From the NCBI GenBank assembly GCA_051294905.1, contig CM119371.1, forward strand, positions 3,784,001 to 3,848,000: a DNA stretch of 64,000 bases. Reading direction: 5' to 3'. Below are positions 25,168 to 38,200 of the stretch, one piece after another (position 1 is the stretch's first letter; the number at the start of each line of letters is the position of its first letter). A program made the translations under genes and the position numbers. This DNA is from Botryllus schlosseri (Eukaryota). The notes below the pieces were generated by a model. That model was given only the letters and a program-made list of their open reading frames with translations, made no database searches and was not told the DNA's origin.

Positions 25168-27244
25168 CATAGTGTCCTATATGGTGTCGACACAAGCAAA
25201 TCTCACGGTTCAATGAAATTGTATCACGTCACAATTTCCATTTGGCTACGGGCAATTTAACGGTCATTTTTGACCGGCTTGCCGAGCATTATATTTGATG
25301 AGTCGGGTATCAATCGAAAGCTGACTCTGCACTGATTACGAAAATATAAATTTTATTCCACTCATGGCCCTGGAACCCCCACAATCAGCCCCAAATTATT
25401 CATTGTTAAGTAGGTTGGCAGTGTGACGCAACAATGCTATCTGGCGAAACGAGAGACTAGCTCAAGAGCAAGGATGCGGCCGAGCGGCGAGAGTGGGATC
25501 AGCTGACGTCGCGGCAATAGCAATGAGCAATCGCGTCGCAGAGAAACGCTGCGCTGTTGATACTTTTCTATGCGCTTCGGTACAAGCGAGCACGCCTTAT
25601 CAGCCTTTCCTTGACTTGTAAGGGTAGAACTGGGTCCACAGAATGTTTTTGGTCCCTACCAATTTTTGCGCAATATCCTTCAGCTGATACAGATATGTAG
25701 GCTACGTCTAAATAGTCTACATTGGATATGTCACATTATTATGATATCGATTGCCTTAGCCCGCTAGTTGCGTAGGGCTCCAGAGACGCGTGGCGCTGTT
25801 GATACTTTCTATAGGCGCTTCGCTAAAAGCGAGCACACACCAGCCTTTCCTTGACTTTTAAGGGTAGAACTGGGTCCACAGAATGTATTAGGGCCCTACT
25901 AATTTTCGCGCATTATCCTTCAACTGATAGAGATATTTAGGCTACGTCTAAATAGTCTACATCGGATATGTCACATTATTATGATATCGATTGCCTTAAT
26001 TAGCCCGCTAGTTGCGTAGGGCTCCAGATACGCGTGGCGCTGTTGATACTTTCTATATAGGCGTTTCGCTAAAAGCGAGCACACACCAGCCTTTCCTTGA
26101 CTTGTAAGGGTAGAACTGGGTCCACAGAATGTTTTTGGTCCCTACCAATTTTCGCGCAATATCCTTCAGCTGATAGAGATATGTAGGCTACGTTTAAGTA
26201 GTCTACATTGAATATGTCAGATTATTATGATATCGATTACCTTAGCCGCTTGTTGCATAGGGCTCCAGAGATGCGTGGCGCTGTTGATGGCGGGTGTCGA
26301 TACTTTCTATAGTCGCTTTTATGGTTAAGTGTGAGCAATGAGCATTGAGCATGGGCATACATTACAAGCTTTTATTTGATCCGTAAGGGTAGGACTTGGT
26401 CCGCGAATGCAGCAGGTAAAATGTGGATTGTTGAATAAAGTTTAACAGCAGGAGTGTCGAACTAAACTGGGATCGCTGTCCGGATTCAATCCGTTATTGG
26501 AAAGCTTGCGGGCCAGACCTGCCAAATGACTCCAAAATGTTACCACCATATCCATACCTTTGTTTTTCACTGGAATATATCTGATATCACTATAAACGTT
26601 GACGTTGGAATTTGGTTTATCATTTTTCAATCACCAAACAGTTTTTTTGAATGCCGGGGACCTTTTGCGTCAAAAGTAATACAGTGGTATCACAGATATT
26701 TGAATTATATTCATTCTGTAGCCTTTATATATATTCCTAATGTAACTTACGTAAAACGGATTTGCATTATTTTTTTCGCATCTGTGAATAACTGAATGTC
26801 CATTGTCCATTCGGCCCAACAGAGTTTGCATAGAAAGCGCATAGAAAAGTATCAACAGCGCAGCGTTTCTCTGCGACGCGATTGCTCATTGCTATTGCCG
26901 CGACGTCAGCTGATCCCACTCTCGCCGCTCGGCCGCATCCTTGCTCTTGAGCTAGTCTCTCGTTTCGCCAGATAGCATTGTTGCGTCACACTGCCAACCT
27001 ACTTAACAATGAATAATTTGGGGCTGATTGTGGGGGTTCCAGGGCCATGAGTGGAATAAAATTTATATTTTCGTAATCAGTGCAGAGTCAGCTTTCGATT
27101 GATACCCGACTCATCAAATATAATGCTCGGCAAGCCGGTCAAAAATGACCGTTAAATTGCCCGTAGCCAAATGGAAATTGTGACGTGATGCAATTTCATT
27201 GAACCGTGAGATTTGCTTGTGTCGACACCATATAGGACACTATG
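25168..27244. mobile_element. P/Galileo-like foldback element with ~410-bp TIRs and internal ~240-bp tandem repeats
   Basis: CATAGTGTCC...GGACACTATG termini, TIRs 25168-25577 and 26835-27244 almost identical, perfect 7-bp TSD GTCGCAT. Confidence 0.9.
25551..26410 (+). repeat. Tandem array of ~240-bp units (3 full + 1 partial) inside the foldback element
   Basis: Units begin gcgctgttgat at ~25551, 25793, 26038 and 26278; the full units share aagggtagaactgggtccacagaatg. Confidence 0.9.
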
Positions 27245-29205
27245 GTCGCATGCTCATATGTCCACGGACCATTTAAAAGAACTGTACTGCCAGAAAGGTG
27301 AGGAGCCATCGATGCATGACGTCCTTGGAAACCGAGGAGACCGCTTGCCTAGTACCCGCTGTATATATCGTTTTGCACTTGCCCTATGCCAGGGGCCGGC
27401 AACTTCTCCGGTCGGTGAGCCAGATATGGGAAAATTAAGCACTTGGCGGGTCAGATTACAGAATATATACATTATACCCGAATCGCCTATTTATCCACCT
27501 TTACAAGGAATCAATTATGTTAAATGTAAACTTCAAGTTAAAGCATAGAGATAAAAAACAGTATTTAAGGAATTTATTTGCAACAGCTATTGGAGTCAAT
27601 CAGACATCTATGGTCGCTCAATACTATCAACTAGTTTTTTGAACTCTGATTGCATGTCATATTCAATCACCCTAGTGAAGACTGCACGCGAACATAAAGT
27701 TATATTGGAACGCAGCCCTCCTCGTTAATGTCCGTGGCAGTGTTGGGATTAAGTCACTGCCTTCGAATCACAAGTCATCTCGAATCATTGCACATTTTAA
27801 CTCGAGTCAAATCAAGTCACTCGATTTTTGGAGGTGACCCGAGTCACGTCGAGTCAAGTCAAGTCAAGTCACGAGTCAAGTAACTAGTCAAGTCAAGTTG
27901 ACATTTCAAAGTAGGCTACTAGACATGATTCAAAGTCATTACTAGGGCGATTTTTTTGACGGGTCAAAAAAAGTCATATTTTTTTACGTAACGAGTTTGA
28001 TTTATTCAGCTGTTCTTATGTAAATCACACTAACATGTAGCTTAGTTACTCCCGCCATTTACCGGCTTCAAAAATCCAGTGTTTTTCGGCTGTAACTCGT
28101 TTTGTGTTCACAATAGAGAAAACTTGCTTCCTAAGACAGATAGAAACATAATGTTTTGAAAGCTTTCATGACCCTACGACCAGTGATCGTCGAGATGGGC
28201 AATTTCACCCCCTCTCGCGCAGAAATTTTGGGGTTGCAGGCTGGAAAATGGAGGCAATCCCCTAAAATCAATTTTTATTGAAGTTTCAAGTCATTTTCCG
28301 GGACTTAAGAATCCCCTTTTATCGATTTCAAATTAAACTCATTTTCGCTCCACCCTACAATATTTCAACATTTAACGACAAATGACGATATTTATCGTCA
28401 CATCTTCACCAAGTCTACCTACCTCTGATTCGAATTAAGTTCAGACACATGAAACAATTGTCTGGCATTTATCCTGACTGCTACACAACCTTTTGTCACA
28501 TTGTACGCATTCGCGAAAAATACATTGCCTCTCTGTATCCCGAAAACCAAAAGAAAATGCAAGGTTCAAATAACTAATTAATATTTATTTCAAATCAATT
28601 CTATACATTTCATAGCATGAAAACGCAGCCCAATACAACATAAAATCGCGGAAATTCCAGCCACTACTCTCTAAGTCTAATATGAAGATACTAGGAGTCA
28701 TTCTCAATACTCTTGAGTTATGAGTTGTGAATAAAGTCATAATAATTGAAAATTAGTCACAATGGACAGTACGAGTAATTTATGGAATGTCAAGCAGCAA
28801 ATCATGATATCTCAGTAAAAAGGGAATATTGAATCACATTCATGAGATTATCTGAAATTTCGATTGTTATGTATGGACAATTTTCCTCTTTCTCAGTCAA
28901 CTATCGTGCATTAAGTCATCGAGAATCAATCAATCACATATCAATATTAAACGAGCACATCAAGAGGGATAAGCCAATTATATTATGCATGAAGCATTTA
29001 GAAACACCAAGGTAGCAGAAAAATAGTCATTGGTCATAGAAGCAAGACAAATCGTAGGCTTGAAGTACAGCGACAGTCATTCTACAGAATAACATCAAGG
29101 TAATTAAATTTCTTTCTAACGGAAGTTTTAAACTCAGTAAAGTTTACCCCTTTCAACACTCTCCTGAAGTCAACTGTACTAAAGATATAGAGAAAGATCA
29201 CAAGA

Positions 29206-29227
29206 TCATGATGGAACATGGAGAATC
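29206..29227 (-). CDS. Possible terminal coding exon (RILHVPS*)
   Basis: ttacgtag acceptor; phase 2 gives a stop after 7 codons. Speculative. Confidence 0.3.
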
Positions 29228-32200
29228 CTACGTAATTGACATTACAATGGATTTCAAACACTACACTACATTTATTTCCAACTAAGTTATATATTTTTTG
29301 GTATTTAATTTCTATCACAATCCATCACACAAAACGTAAAGACATTACACAGTACACACTGCACACGTAGGATTATAATTTTATTCTTCATTTTTCCATA
29401 TTTATGCTTTTTATGTAACTTGTATTATAATCAATCATTTGCAAGGACGATGGAATGCATTTATTTTATCCCGCTATTCGATTCTACCTTGCGACTCAAT
29501 CATTATGAGAGCGAAAAATCAACATGATGACGGCTTGAACTTTACTGCAGTAAAAGCATTTGCACATTCGAATCAATGTGAACATTTATTTAAGGAAATA
29601 TTTAGGATTTGCGCCGTTTATGGTATTACCATTGTTTTCGTCGAGTTGTGAAATTTTTTTGCAACTGTTTTGGTTACCTAATTGTGAAATGCAATATGTA
29701 CAATATAAATACCATCGCGAAATTGCTCAAATTAAACATGAAATAGCTAGTTTAAATTCCTAAATGAAACGAGGTAATTCTACTCTCCATATTGCAATTT
29801 TGTTGATGAGGAATCGTTGGCTCTTATAAACGATCAACGATGTTGCTGCTGTTACATTCCGGACCGCTGACTGGAAAACAAGTACCTCTGAATATATCAA
29901 TATCCTAGTTCATCAATCATTTTTACAAACTATTCGGACTATGAGCCGGAGATGGACTATTCACGCGCGTACGTCATTACACTGCACAAATTGAATTCGA
30001 CTTTTTGTAGACTACCTGCATGGGCTCATAGTCGGATAGATTTGAGGGATTTAATCTACAGGTGGATTGTGTACTCATATTTTCGCAATACGATTCTCAG
30101 GTATCATGGGCACACACTCCAATATACGGTAACATATTCTTATAAAGTACTCCCATTTCATGAAAATGAACCTGCAGGCAACACATCGTATCCCAGGGAG
30201 CAGCATTGACTGGGATGGTGTACTTGCTATTTAGAGGACATTTTTGACAGTTTACATCTCGATTAGGGAAATATCGGTGCAGTTATTAATGTCAAGTATC
30301 AATGACACTTAAAAAGTAGCTCTACAGGTTTTTTGATGGAAAATTATATTTTTATTGCCACAATGATCATCTGTAAGAGTGAAAAATTCGTCAAAACTAG
30401 GGACTTACGTTTCTTATTCAAGGTAGCCTAAAATAGGTGAAGATAAGCGCACTACTATCATCCTTAGATAATTAGACTAGTTTGAGCAAAATGCCGGTAA
30501 TCTAATTTGAATCTATTTTGTGAAATGATTCTCTGCTCTAATTCTAATCTAATTTGGAAAATTTTTAAATGTTTTCATTCTGATTCAAACCCTATCTCGG
30601 GTTTTCCTTGTCGATTTGCGGTAAAACTCTCGAGCACATTTGGGTACGGAAAAATTGTAAGCTATCACTTAAGATTACCTGATAAAAGGATTCAGCAACC
30701 AGTCCCAGTAATAATATTAAAATTCATGTACTCTGGTGTCTTTCAACCCTTCATTTAATCTATTACTACTTGCCACCCGAGTAAAAAATTGACTGGATCA
30801 CTCCAACTTCTGTTCGAGTTGATTCAATGACTAATTGGACTGTTTATAGCTAAATTATGGACAACATCTTACGACCATTAACTCTATTTATTTCACCTCC
30901 AGCAGCTGAACAATCCAGACCGATTAATTTTCGACCGACGCCGTATTAACATATAAATTTTGCGAGTATCTCATCAAATCTCAGTTTTGTAATATAACAA
31001 ATATTTCTCCCAAGAATATGAGATCTGCTTGGTCCGAACGCAGGAGGTAATCATGCATTGAAGTGACGCATTACTGCCGAAGATCAACTTTACTATTGCA
31101 CCTTAGCGTAGGTGGTCACTATCCGACATCACATAAGGTAATATTGTATATTAATTTATATAATACACAGTTTGCGTCACAATATTTCTAAGCTGTTGTT
31201 TGAGACCGGATGTGCATGAGAATGGATCGACGATGTAATGGAAGGATAAATCTCAACTATCATTTTAGAACGGTCAGACTTTGTAACATCTACTCACCTC
31301 CGATGAAAATCCATGTCGAGTCGCTTCCAGGCATCCGGTTCTCGGTCCACTGAAATAAGAAACAAGTTATATAGCTTAAAATTCTTGTTGGCAAAAGATA
31401 TATGCATCCTAGGAATTGTGCTCTGCTGCTGAGCATATTGCATAATATCTGAAACAGTCATCAGGCTCAAAGAGAGTTGAAATCAAAAAAATATATTAAT
31501 GAATGGTGTCCTACGATACACGGTGGTTTAGTTATGATAAGTAGGCGTACGGACTTGCGCTTATCTACTATTTTAAATCTGAATCCTATTCCAGCTGATA
31601 CATTCAAATTCAAGTACAAATCCATATTTTATTTTGACTCGCGTCCATATCCACGACCAATCCGGTAATGGCTGAAACTTGATTAAAAAGTCGCTTTAAA
31701 ATGAAAGTTACGTGATATTCTAAGTCAAAGTACGGATGAAAATCCATCTTCTAATGAATCATAGACCATTATCTAAAGCAGCCCCAGGGGCGATTTGGCG
31801 GTCTAGATGGGCGAAAATAACGAAGGAAGCGATAGGGGGCGATGGCGCGTTAAAACGGCTATATTGGAGTCAAGTCGGGGAAATGACCTTTTTTTTAGTC
31901 AACTCACGGAAATTTACCCCAGAAAGTGTAAAACTTCGATATCGAACCGTAAGGTTGACTTTTTTTTTATTCAACCCGCCGTTGATTACAGTTTGTATGC
32001 ATATATTTCGGTTCACAAAATTTGGGGGGCGATGATCGGTGTGGTGCTTGAAAAGGGGGCGATAAGTCGAAAAGGTTGAGAACCACTGATCTATAGCCAG
32101 GCAAAAAAGATGACGCGTGACCTCAATACCATAGAGATGCATAGAGGGGAGTCGTAAAATCGTGAAATTATTTGTTCTAGTTTCCGCTCAAAAGCGGTGG

Positions 32201-35200
32201 CTATCAAAGAGAACATTGCTGCGGCCAAAATGTTTTTCACACTCTCCACTTTCATTTCAGACAACATCATATTTAGAGCGCAGTGTCGTTTTAATGTGTT
32301 ATACCGTAGTTATGTCAGTGGGCAGTGAAATGAGAAATCACACACAATATTATGCCTCGGCAGTAGAATGTATATGACGTATATCTAATCCAATTAGATA
32401 TGGGAATGAGTGAAAGTAACTCTAATCCATTTGTAAAACATTCACTGCAAAATGCAGCTAATTATTTACGTATTGCCAATCGATTCAAATCACTAAATTT
32501 ATATTGGATATATATTCGCACAGGCTCCACGTTCTGTGAGATACTTTCACAGAACGAATATGAACTCGCATATTCGTTTTCGTATCAAAGGTAAATCGAA
32601 CAAAGTAATCCCGAATGCTATTTTAGGAATTATAGTACTTGATTAGGTTGGACAAAACGATTTCGGAATTAATGCAATGTTGTTGATTATAATTCAGTTC
32701 TACCTAAAAGAATGCACAATGCACATGAATAAAAAGTGGGATGCTGAATGACATGAAACCACGAATCCTGCAGGGAGGTGGTCAATAACGAAGTAACTCT
32801 ATTTTATCAGTCTACTCAAGTGCTGTCTACTTGCATCGCTTAATCAGGGGGTTGTCATTTTAGACTACTTCTGTTTCTAGCTCTTGTCACAGTTGTTGGT
32901 CAAAACTACTTACTTTACACAATATTGATTTTGAAAAGTATCAAGTTGTTCCTAGCTGCGTATGCGTCATCGTTTTCAGAGAAATTCTAATAGGAGCAGC
33001 CTTAAATAACCCATGTATCACGGTGACTGCATGAACATATTTTCAAAGATTCCACCCACTTGCACTGTCATTAGTCATTTTGCATTAGCCGCGACGATAT
33101 ATCTTGCAATTTCGAAAGTAGATATCTCCTATAAACTGCTAAAAGTATGCGGCCCTTCGACCAAATCTACTTTTTAGAACTACTTATTTCACTACATTTC
33201 AGACTAATACATTTTCTACTTCCACCTCAACTCGATTTGTGATTTCTTGGAAATTGCTACTTCTACTTGTATATCAGCAGCAGCTTACGGCGCTATTTAT
33301 TGTTATACACGAGTCTTAACTCTGACTACTTTGACTACCTCTGATTGTTAGCGCGCGTACGGCTTTGCATTGTCTCGTGAGATCGTGGTGCATTTAATTT
33401 AATTGTCTTGTCTTTTGATCATCATTATCAGTCTGGTTTTCTCTCCCTATATATTCAATTGCTAGACTCGTTTTCGTTGGTTACTTTGCTGAACAGACGG
33501 TTGGGATATTCTTGGAATAAAGCATCGTTGTAAATCCTACATTGCCTACATTACCTTATATTTCTGCGTACTGCGTGCTGCCATCATTTGCGCTGTTTAC
33601 GTTCTACTAAGCGTTAATTTGCATTAAAGGGTTGTTTGATTTACACCGGCCTGACATTCTACCGTTGAGATTAGACAGGCTTCTGCGCCTTAGTCGCCCC
33701 ACGCTCATTTCGTGTGCCGCGCAGAAACACTAATCATTCATGAACCCGTGTTAGCAACTCTCAGAACCAATCGGAGTCCACTTGGTCACCAGATGTCGCA
33801 AATAAGCTACATGAAGTATTAAATGTGTTCCAAAGTTATACAAGTATATGAAAGTGGTTTACAAGTTTCTTTGACTTATCGTCCCCTCATCAAGTTCTAT
33901 ATATCTTTATCACGCCTCATGATGGTAGAAGTACTATCAGTAGCGAAGTAGTCGTGCTTTTCTGTAGTAGTACTTATTATTATATACTTGTTTCGCTTAC
34001 TCAAGTAGCTTTGTTCGTATACTTCCTCTACGTCAACAATTATTTATTGTGGATACTAATTTTTGCATACTTGACATTGTCAAGTAAAAGTAGATTTTGA
34101 CGTACTTCAACGATGTCTTGCTTCGAAATTGATATGCGAGCCCACAATCCGCAATGTGTGAGAGATTATGCCTGAATTTCGTACAATTATTCTTATTAAG
34201 TATGAGATATCGAATGAAACTAAAATTCATGAATACCGTGCGTTATCACATAACCCCGATAACGACACTATGTCATGCATGAAACTAAAGCCTCATGATT
34301 TCTCGCGTTAGTAACGAATTGGACCTGTTACGTGAATTGACCAGTTTATTCAATGTGATCGCGCTTATTTAATAAACCAAATAATAAGCATCTAAGATAC
34401 AATGGAACCTAACAACGACTCACCTTTTAAAACTTCCAACTCAGTATCGAGATCATTTGCAATCTTCTGGACTTTCTGCAATTCGTCTCCTTTCAACATA
34501 TGATATTTATTCCAGTATACCATGGTTACTTTCTTTAAATTGGAGTTGTTGACGAGAGACGAAATGTCATCGAGTGAAGCAGGATACGGCAATATGCATC
34601 GGGTATATTCGATCTGCAGTGAGAAATTAGGACTATCAATATTGTGTATTGAAATGATTCTTACCACTATTGTTCACCATTTCACCAGGGACCATCATGT
34701 ATTGCAATATACTTTGGGTCACCAGTTTGGACGGTTTATTCTGGCCCGCTAGTCGATTCTTAAAACTGGCCGTAATATATAGGCTTGCCATATTTTGGAA
34801 ATCTAAAAAGAGGATTTGAGACTTGCAAAACCGGAGAGAAATTCCCAAAAATCGGTGAATGTTTCCAACTTTGTGATTGGTTGACTAAAAAAATAGCCAT
34901 CTTTTTGCTTAGAGCTCAAATCGCCGTTTTTCACTCCGAAATACCCGCCGGAGCGTCACTTCTGTGCTAATTTATGGCATATCAGTCGCATTTTGCTCTA
35001 AATGTGACCTAAATTTTCAAAAAAGAGGACAAAATCTAAAAAAAGAAGACAAAAGGGCGTCCTCCGAGGACACTTTCAAAAAAGTCAAAATAGAGGACAA
35101 ATCCTCTGAAAAGAGGACGTATGGTAACCCTAGCACTAGGGGTGTTCAAAAAAAGCTTTTATTTTCAAATTTCATCGGTTTAGTTGTCAAATCATCAGGG

Positions 35201-38200
35201 TACCTAAAAAACGTTACACAACAAATTTGACGTAATTCCAACCAGTTCAAGTTGAAGTCAGTCAAATTGAAATATCGGCCATTTTTGGAATAATAGTATT
35301 TACGGTGACCAATTACGTCACACCGGCAAGACCAAAAATCGTGTTCCAGGTACGCTCGAAGTGGCAGGGATATCTTTTTCACTTGTTTTGATCATGATAC
35401 GGGCCTATGGTGGGGTTTGGATGAAGAAATCGCCAGTAAACGAAAAAATATATGACACGGACTACCTGGAAATTGGTTCACGTCATTGAAATAGACATGT
35501 CAAAACGATGGTGAGATAATTTTCAAATAGAGTAGGCCTACTTTACACACTGAAATTAACGACCACGAAAACAAAATGAATTGACAAGGAGGTAAAATCC
35601 AGGTAAATATATTTCTCAAGTGATCTATATCTTTGTCGGCCCAATGTAAATTTTTTCACGATACAATTTGACATTATATGATATTCTATTATTTGCTCTG
35701 CACCACTCCTACAGTACTATCACAGGAAAATTATAAGACTCATGGGCATCATGACAGATCTTCTTCCTATCAAAAGTTATCGTCCTCTATTCATGTCATC
35801 CTCCTCCCCCATATTAGGTTACTATAATCTAATTGCATCCATATATCGTGGTAAAACACCAATGCCTTTTATAACTCTATGACAAGGGGGTCCTGGTGAT
35901 ATTGAAAGACTAGAAAATTACCAATGTGCTTTATAAGCTCATCGGTTTACCATTTGGTTTCCCCGAATATCGCTTATGTGAAGTATCAGAAATGTTTTTT
36001 CAAGTCATAAATACTATTCAGTGGCATAGCCTATTCTGAATTACAATCAGTACTATTTTCAATGCCCTGGATCAGTCAATGTCAAACAGCAAAGAAATAT
36101 TCGAACACGGAGCCGCTGAGGAATGCAACAGATGTCTCTATGAATGAAGTTTTGGGAATGGTGACTTTGCAATCAGTAAAAACTTTGAATCAAGGCAGAG
36201 AGTATGGCCTGTATAACTGGGATAGATTTCGTGAAATCTAAATTTGTCCGACAAAAAATACTTTTAGATATGACTATCACTTGAGAAATATATTTACCTG
36301 TATTTTACCTGCTTGTCAGTTCATTTTATTTTCGTGGTCGTTAATTTTAGTGTGTTAAGTACTATATTTGAAAATTATCTCACCATCGTTTTAACATGTC
36401 TATTTCAATGAGGTGGACCAGTTTCCAGGTAATCCGTGTCATATCTTTTTTTCGTTCACTGGCGATGTCTTCATTCAAACCCTACCCTAGGACCTTGTCA
36501 AGATCAAAATAAGTGGGAAAGACATTCCTGCCACTTCGGGCATACCTGGTACTCGATTTTTGGTCATCTCGATGTGACGAAATTGGTCACCGTAAATACT
36601 ACTATTTCAAAAATGACCGAAATTTCAATTTCAGTTACTTCGGCTTTTACTGGTTTGAATTGAGTCAAATTTGGTGTGCAATGTTTTTTTAGGTAACCTG
36701 ACGATTTGACAATCAAGCGGATGAAATTTGAAAAAAAAATAACACGCCTAAGGAGCACGGTCAAATGACCTCTTTTTTGAAAATTTTGGCAAAATATATG
36801 TGAAAATTCAACTGGGAAATTGGAGATAAGTACTGATGTAACGGTGTGGCAGGTCTTTAGTGAGTTGAGCCAGAAAGGTGACCTTTTTTATTCAACCAAC
36901 TACAAACATGGATTAAATTTACCAATTTTTCCGGATTTTACTCCGGTATTGTAAGTATTAAATTTTTTTAAAAGGTGTCCTTCTCAGATTCCCAAAATAT
37001 CGTAACCCTAATTAACACTCGATTCCGAGATTACGACTAAAAAAAGCAGTCATAGCAATATGCCAACGGATATCGTCGGTAAAGCCGCTGTTTAGCAATT
37101 TATTTTTCGTGTAAAAAGGGGGCATTGATTTTGAAGCAATCTTTGGAATCATTTTACTGGTCCAGCTCGCGAGTGCTCTGAAGGTTTGAATCCGATCCGC
37201 GACACCAGTTCAGTTTGACACCCCTGCTTTAGATAAGCAAATTACCAGGAATCACGAACTCCATAACTGCGGTGTATATCTCGGGCATGGAATATAAGTT
37301 ACCGGTAATTCATGTGAAGGGACTCGTACTGTGCGGCCGAATTTAATGATAAAACGTGCAATGGTGGGAGAAGAACGTCCCATATATCCAATGCAACTAA
37401 TGCTGGATGATAAGTACTACCTTATTTTGCCGACAAGCTTCTGACGCCTTCCTGAATTCATCTGCTTTCGGAACGTAAAACATGGCATGGACATGGACAG
37501 GAACGGAAATTGCTGTACCGCGCTCCAAAATTCGGCTGTAATCCTGGACAGGTATCAGGCCATTCACGGCAATATCCAGGAGATCCAACTAAAATGCGAA
37601 AAACAGTTATTCCCAGACTTTAACATAGCCACCGAAGAGATGATTGGGTTCGAAATCATATAAAATGATAGGTAAATATAAAGGCGTTTAAAAATACTTT
37701 GGCAATAGAATTAGGAATCGTACTTGATACTTTTTCCAGCAAGTCTCAATCAACGACCAATCGATGTTTTCTTCTTTTTTTGTGCAATCGAGCAAGATCT
37801 TGCTTATCTGAGAGAGAGAGAGAGAGTCTTTATTTTCATCGAACCAAAATACATAACAAACGGCAGTGATGGTGGTACCGAAAATATGCGTGCACAGTAT
37901 TCGGTATTAGATAGGAATGATCGATAAGACCGGGAAGGTCATCTAGTCTGATCACACCAGCATCAAACAGGTACACTTGACTCTGAACAGTCTGGCTGCG
38001 TGCACAGTATATGCGTGCACAGTATTCGGTATTAGATAGGAATGATCGATAAGACCGGGAAGGTCATCTAGTCTGATCACACCAGCATCACACAGGTACA
38101 CTTGACTCTGAACAGTCTGGCTGTAAAGGAATGTTTAGTTAAAGGAAAATAGAAAAAAAAAATCAAACAATGGTGGCAAATGATCAATGAAGCAATGTCT

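Larger units (their letters stand above)
24884..27270. mobile_element. Mutator-like MITE with a (CCTAA/CCCTAA)n core; host of the 25168-27244 insertion
   Basis: GG...CC termini, subterminal inverted repeat GACATATGAGCATGCGAC, 9-bp direct repeat ATTTAAAAG at 24875 and 27271, telomere-like repeats at 24985-25100. Confidence 0.7.

Noticed and set aside
25551..26410. Regularly spaced repeats as a possible CRISPR array
   Set aside because: Whole ~240-bp units are repeated, there are no unique spacers or cas genes, and the context is eukaryotic.
29780..30330. Plus-strand coding-like stretch
   Set aside because: Fragmented frames with no identifiable motif or splice structure.
37180..37230. GGTTTGAATCC as a tRNA/SINE B-box (also at 46330)
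   Set aside because: No cloverleaf or A-box; it lies next to a hAT MITE terminus (TTTGACACCCCTG).
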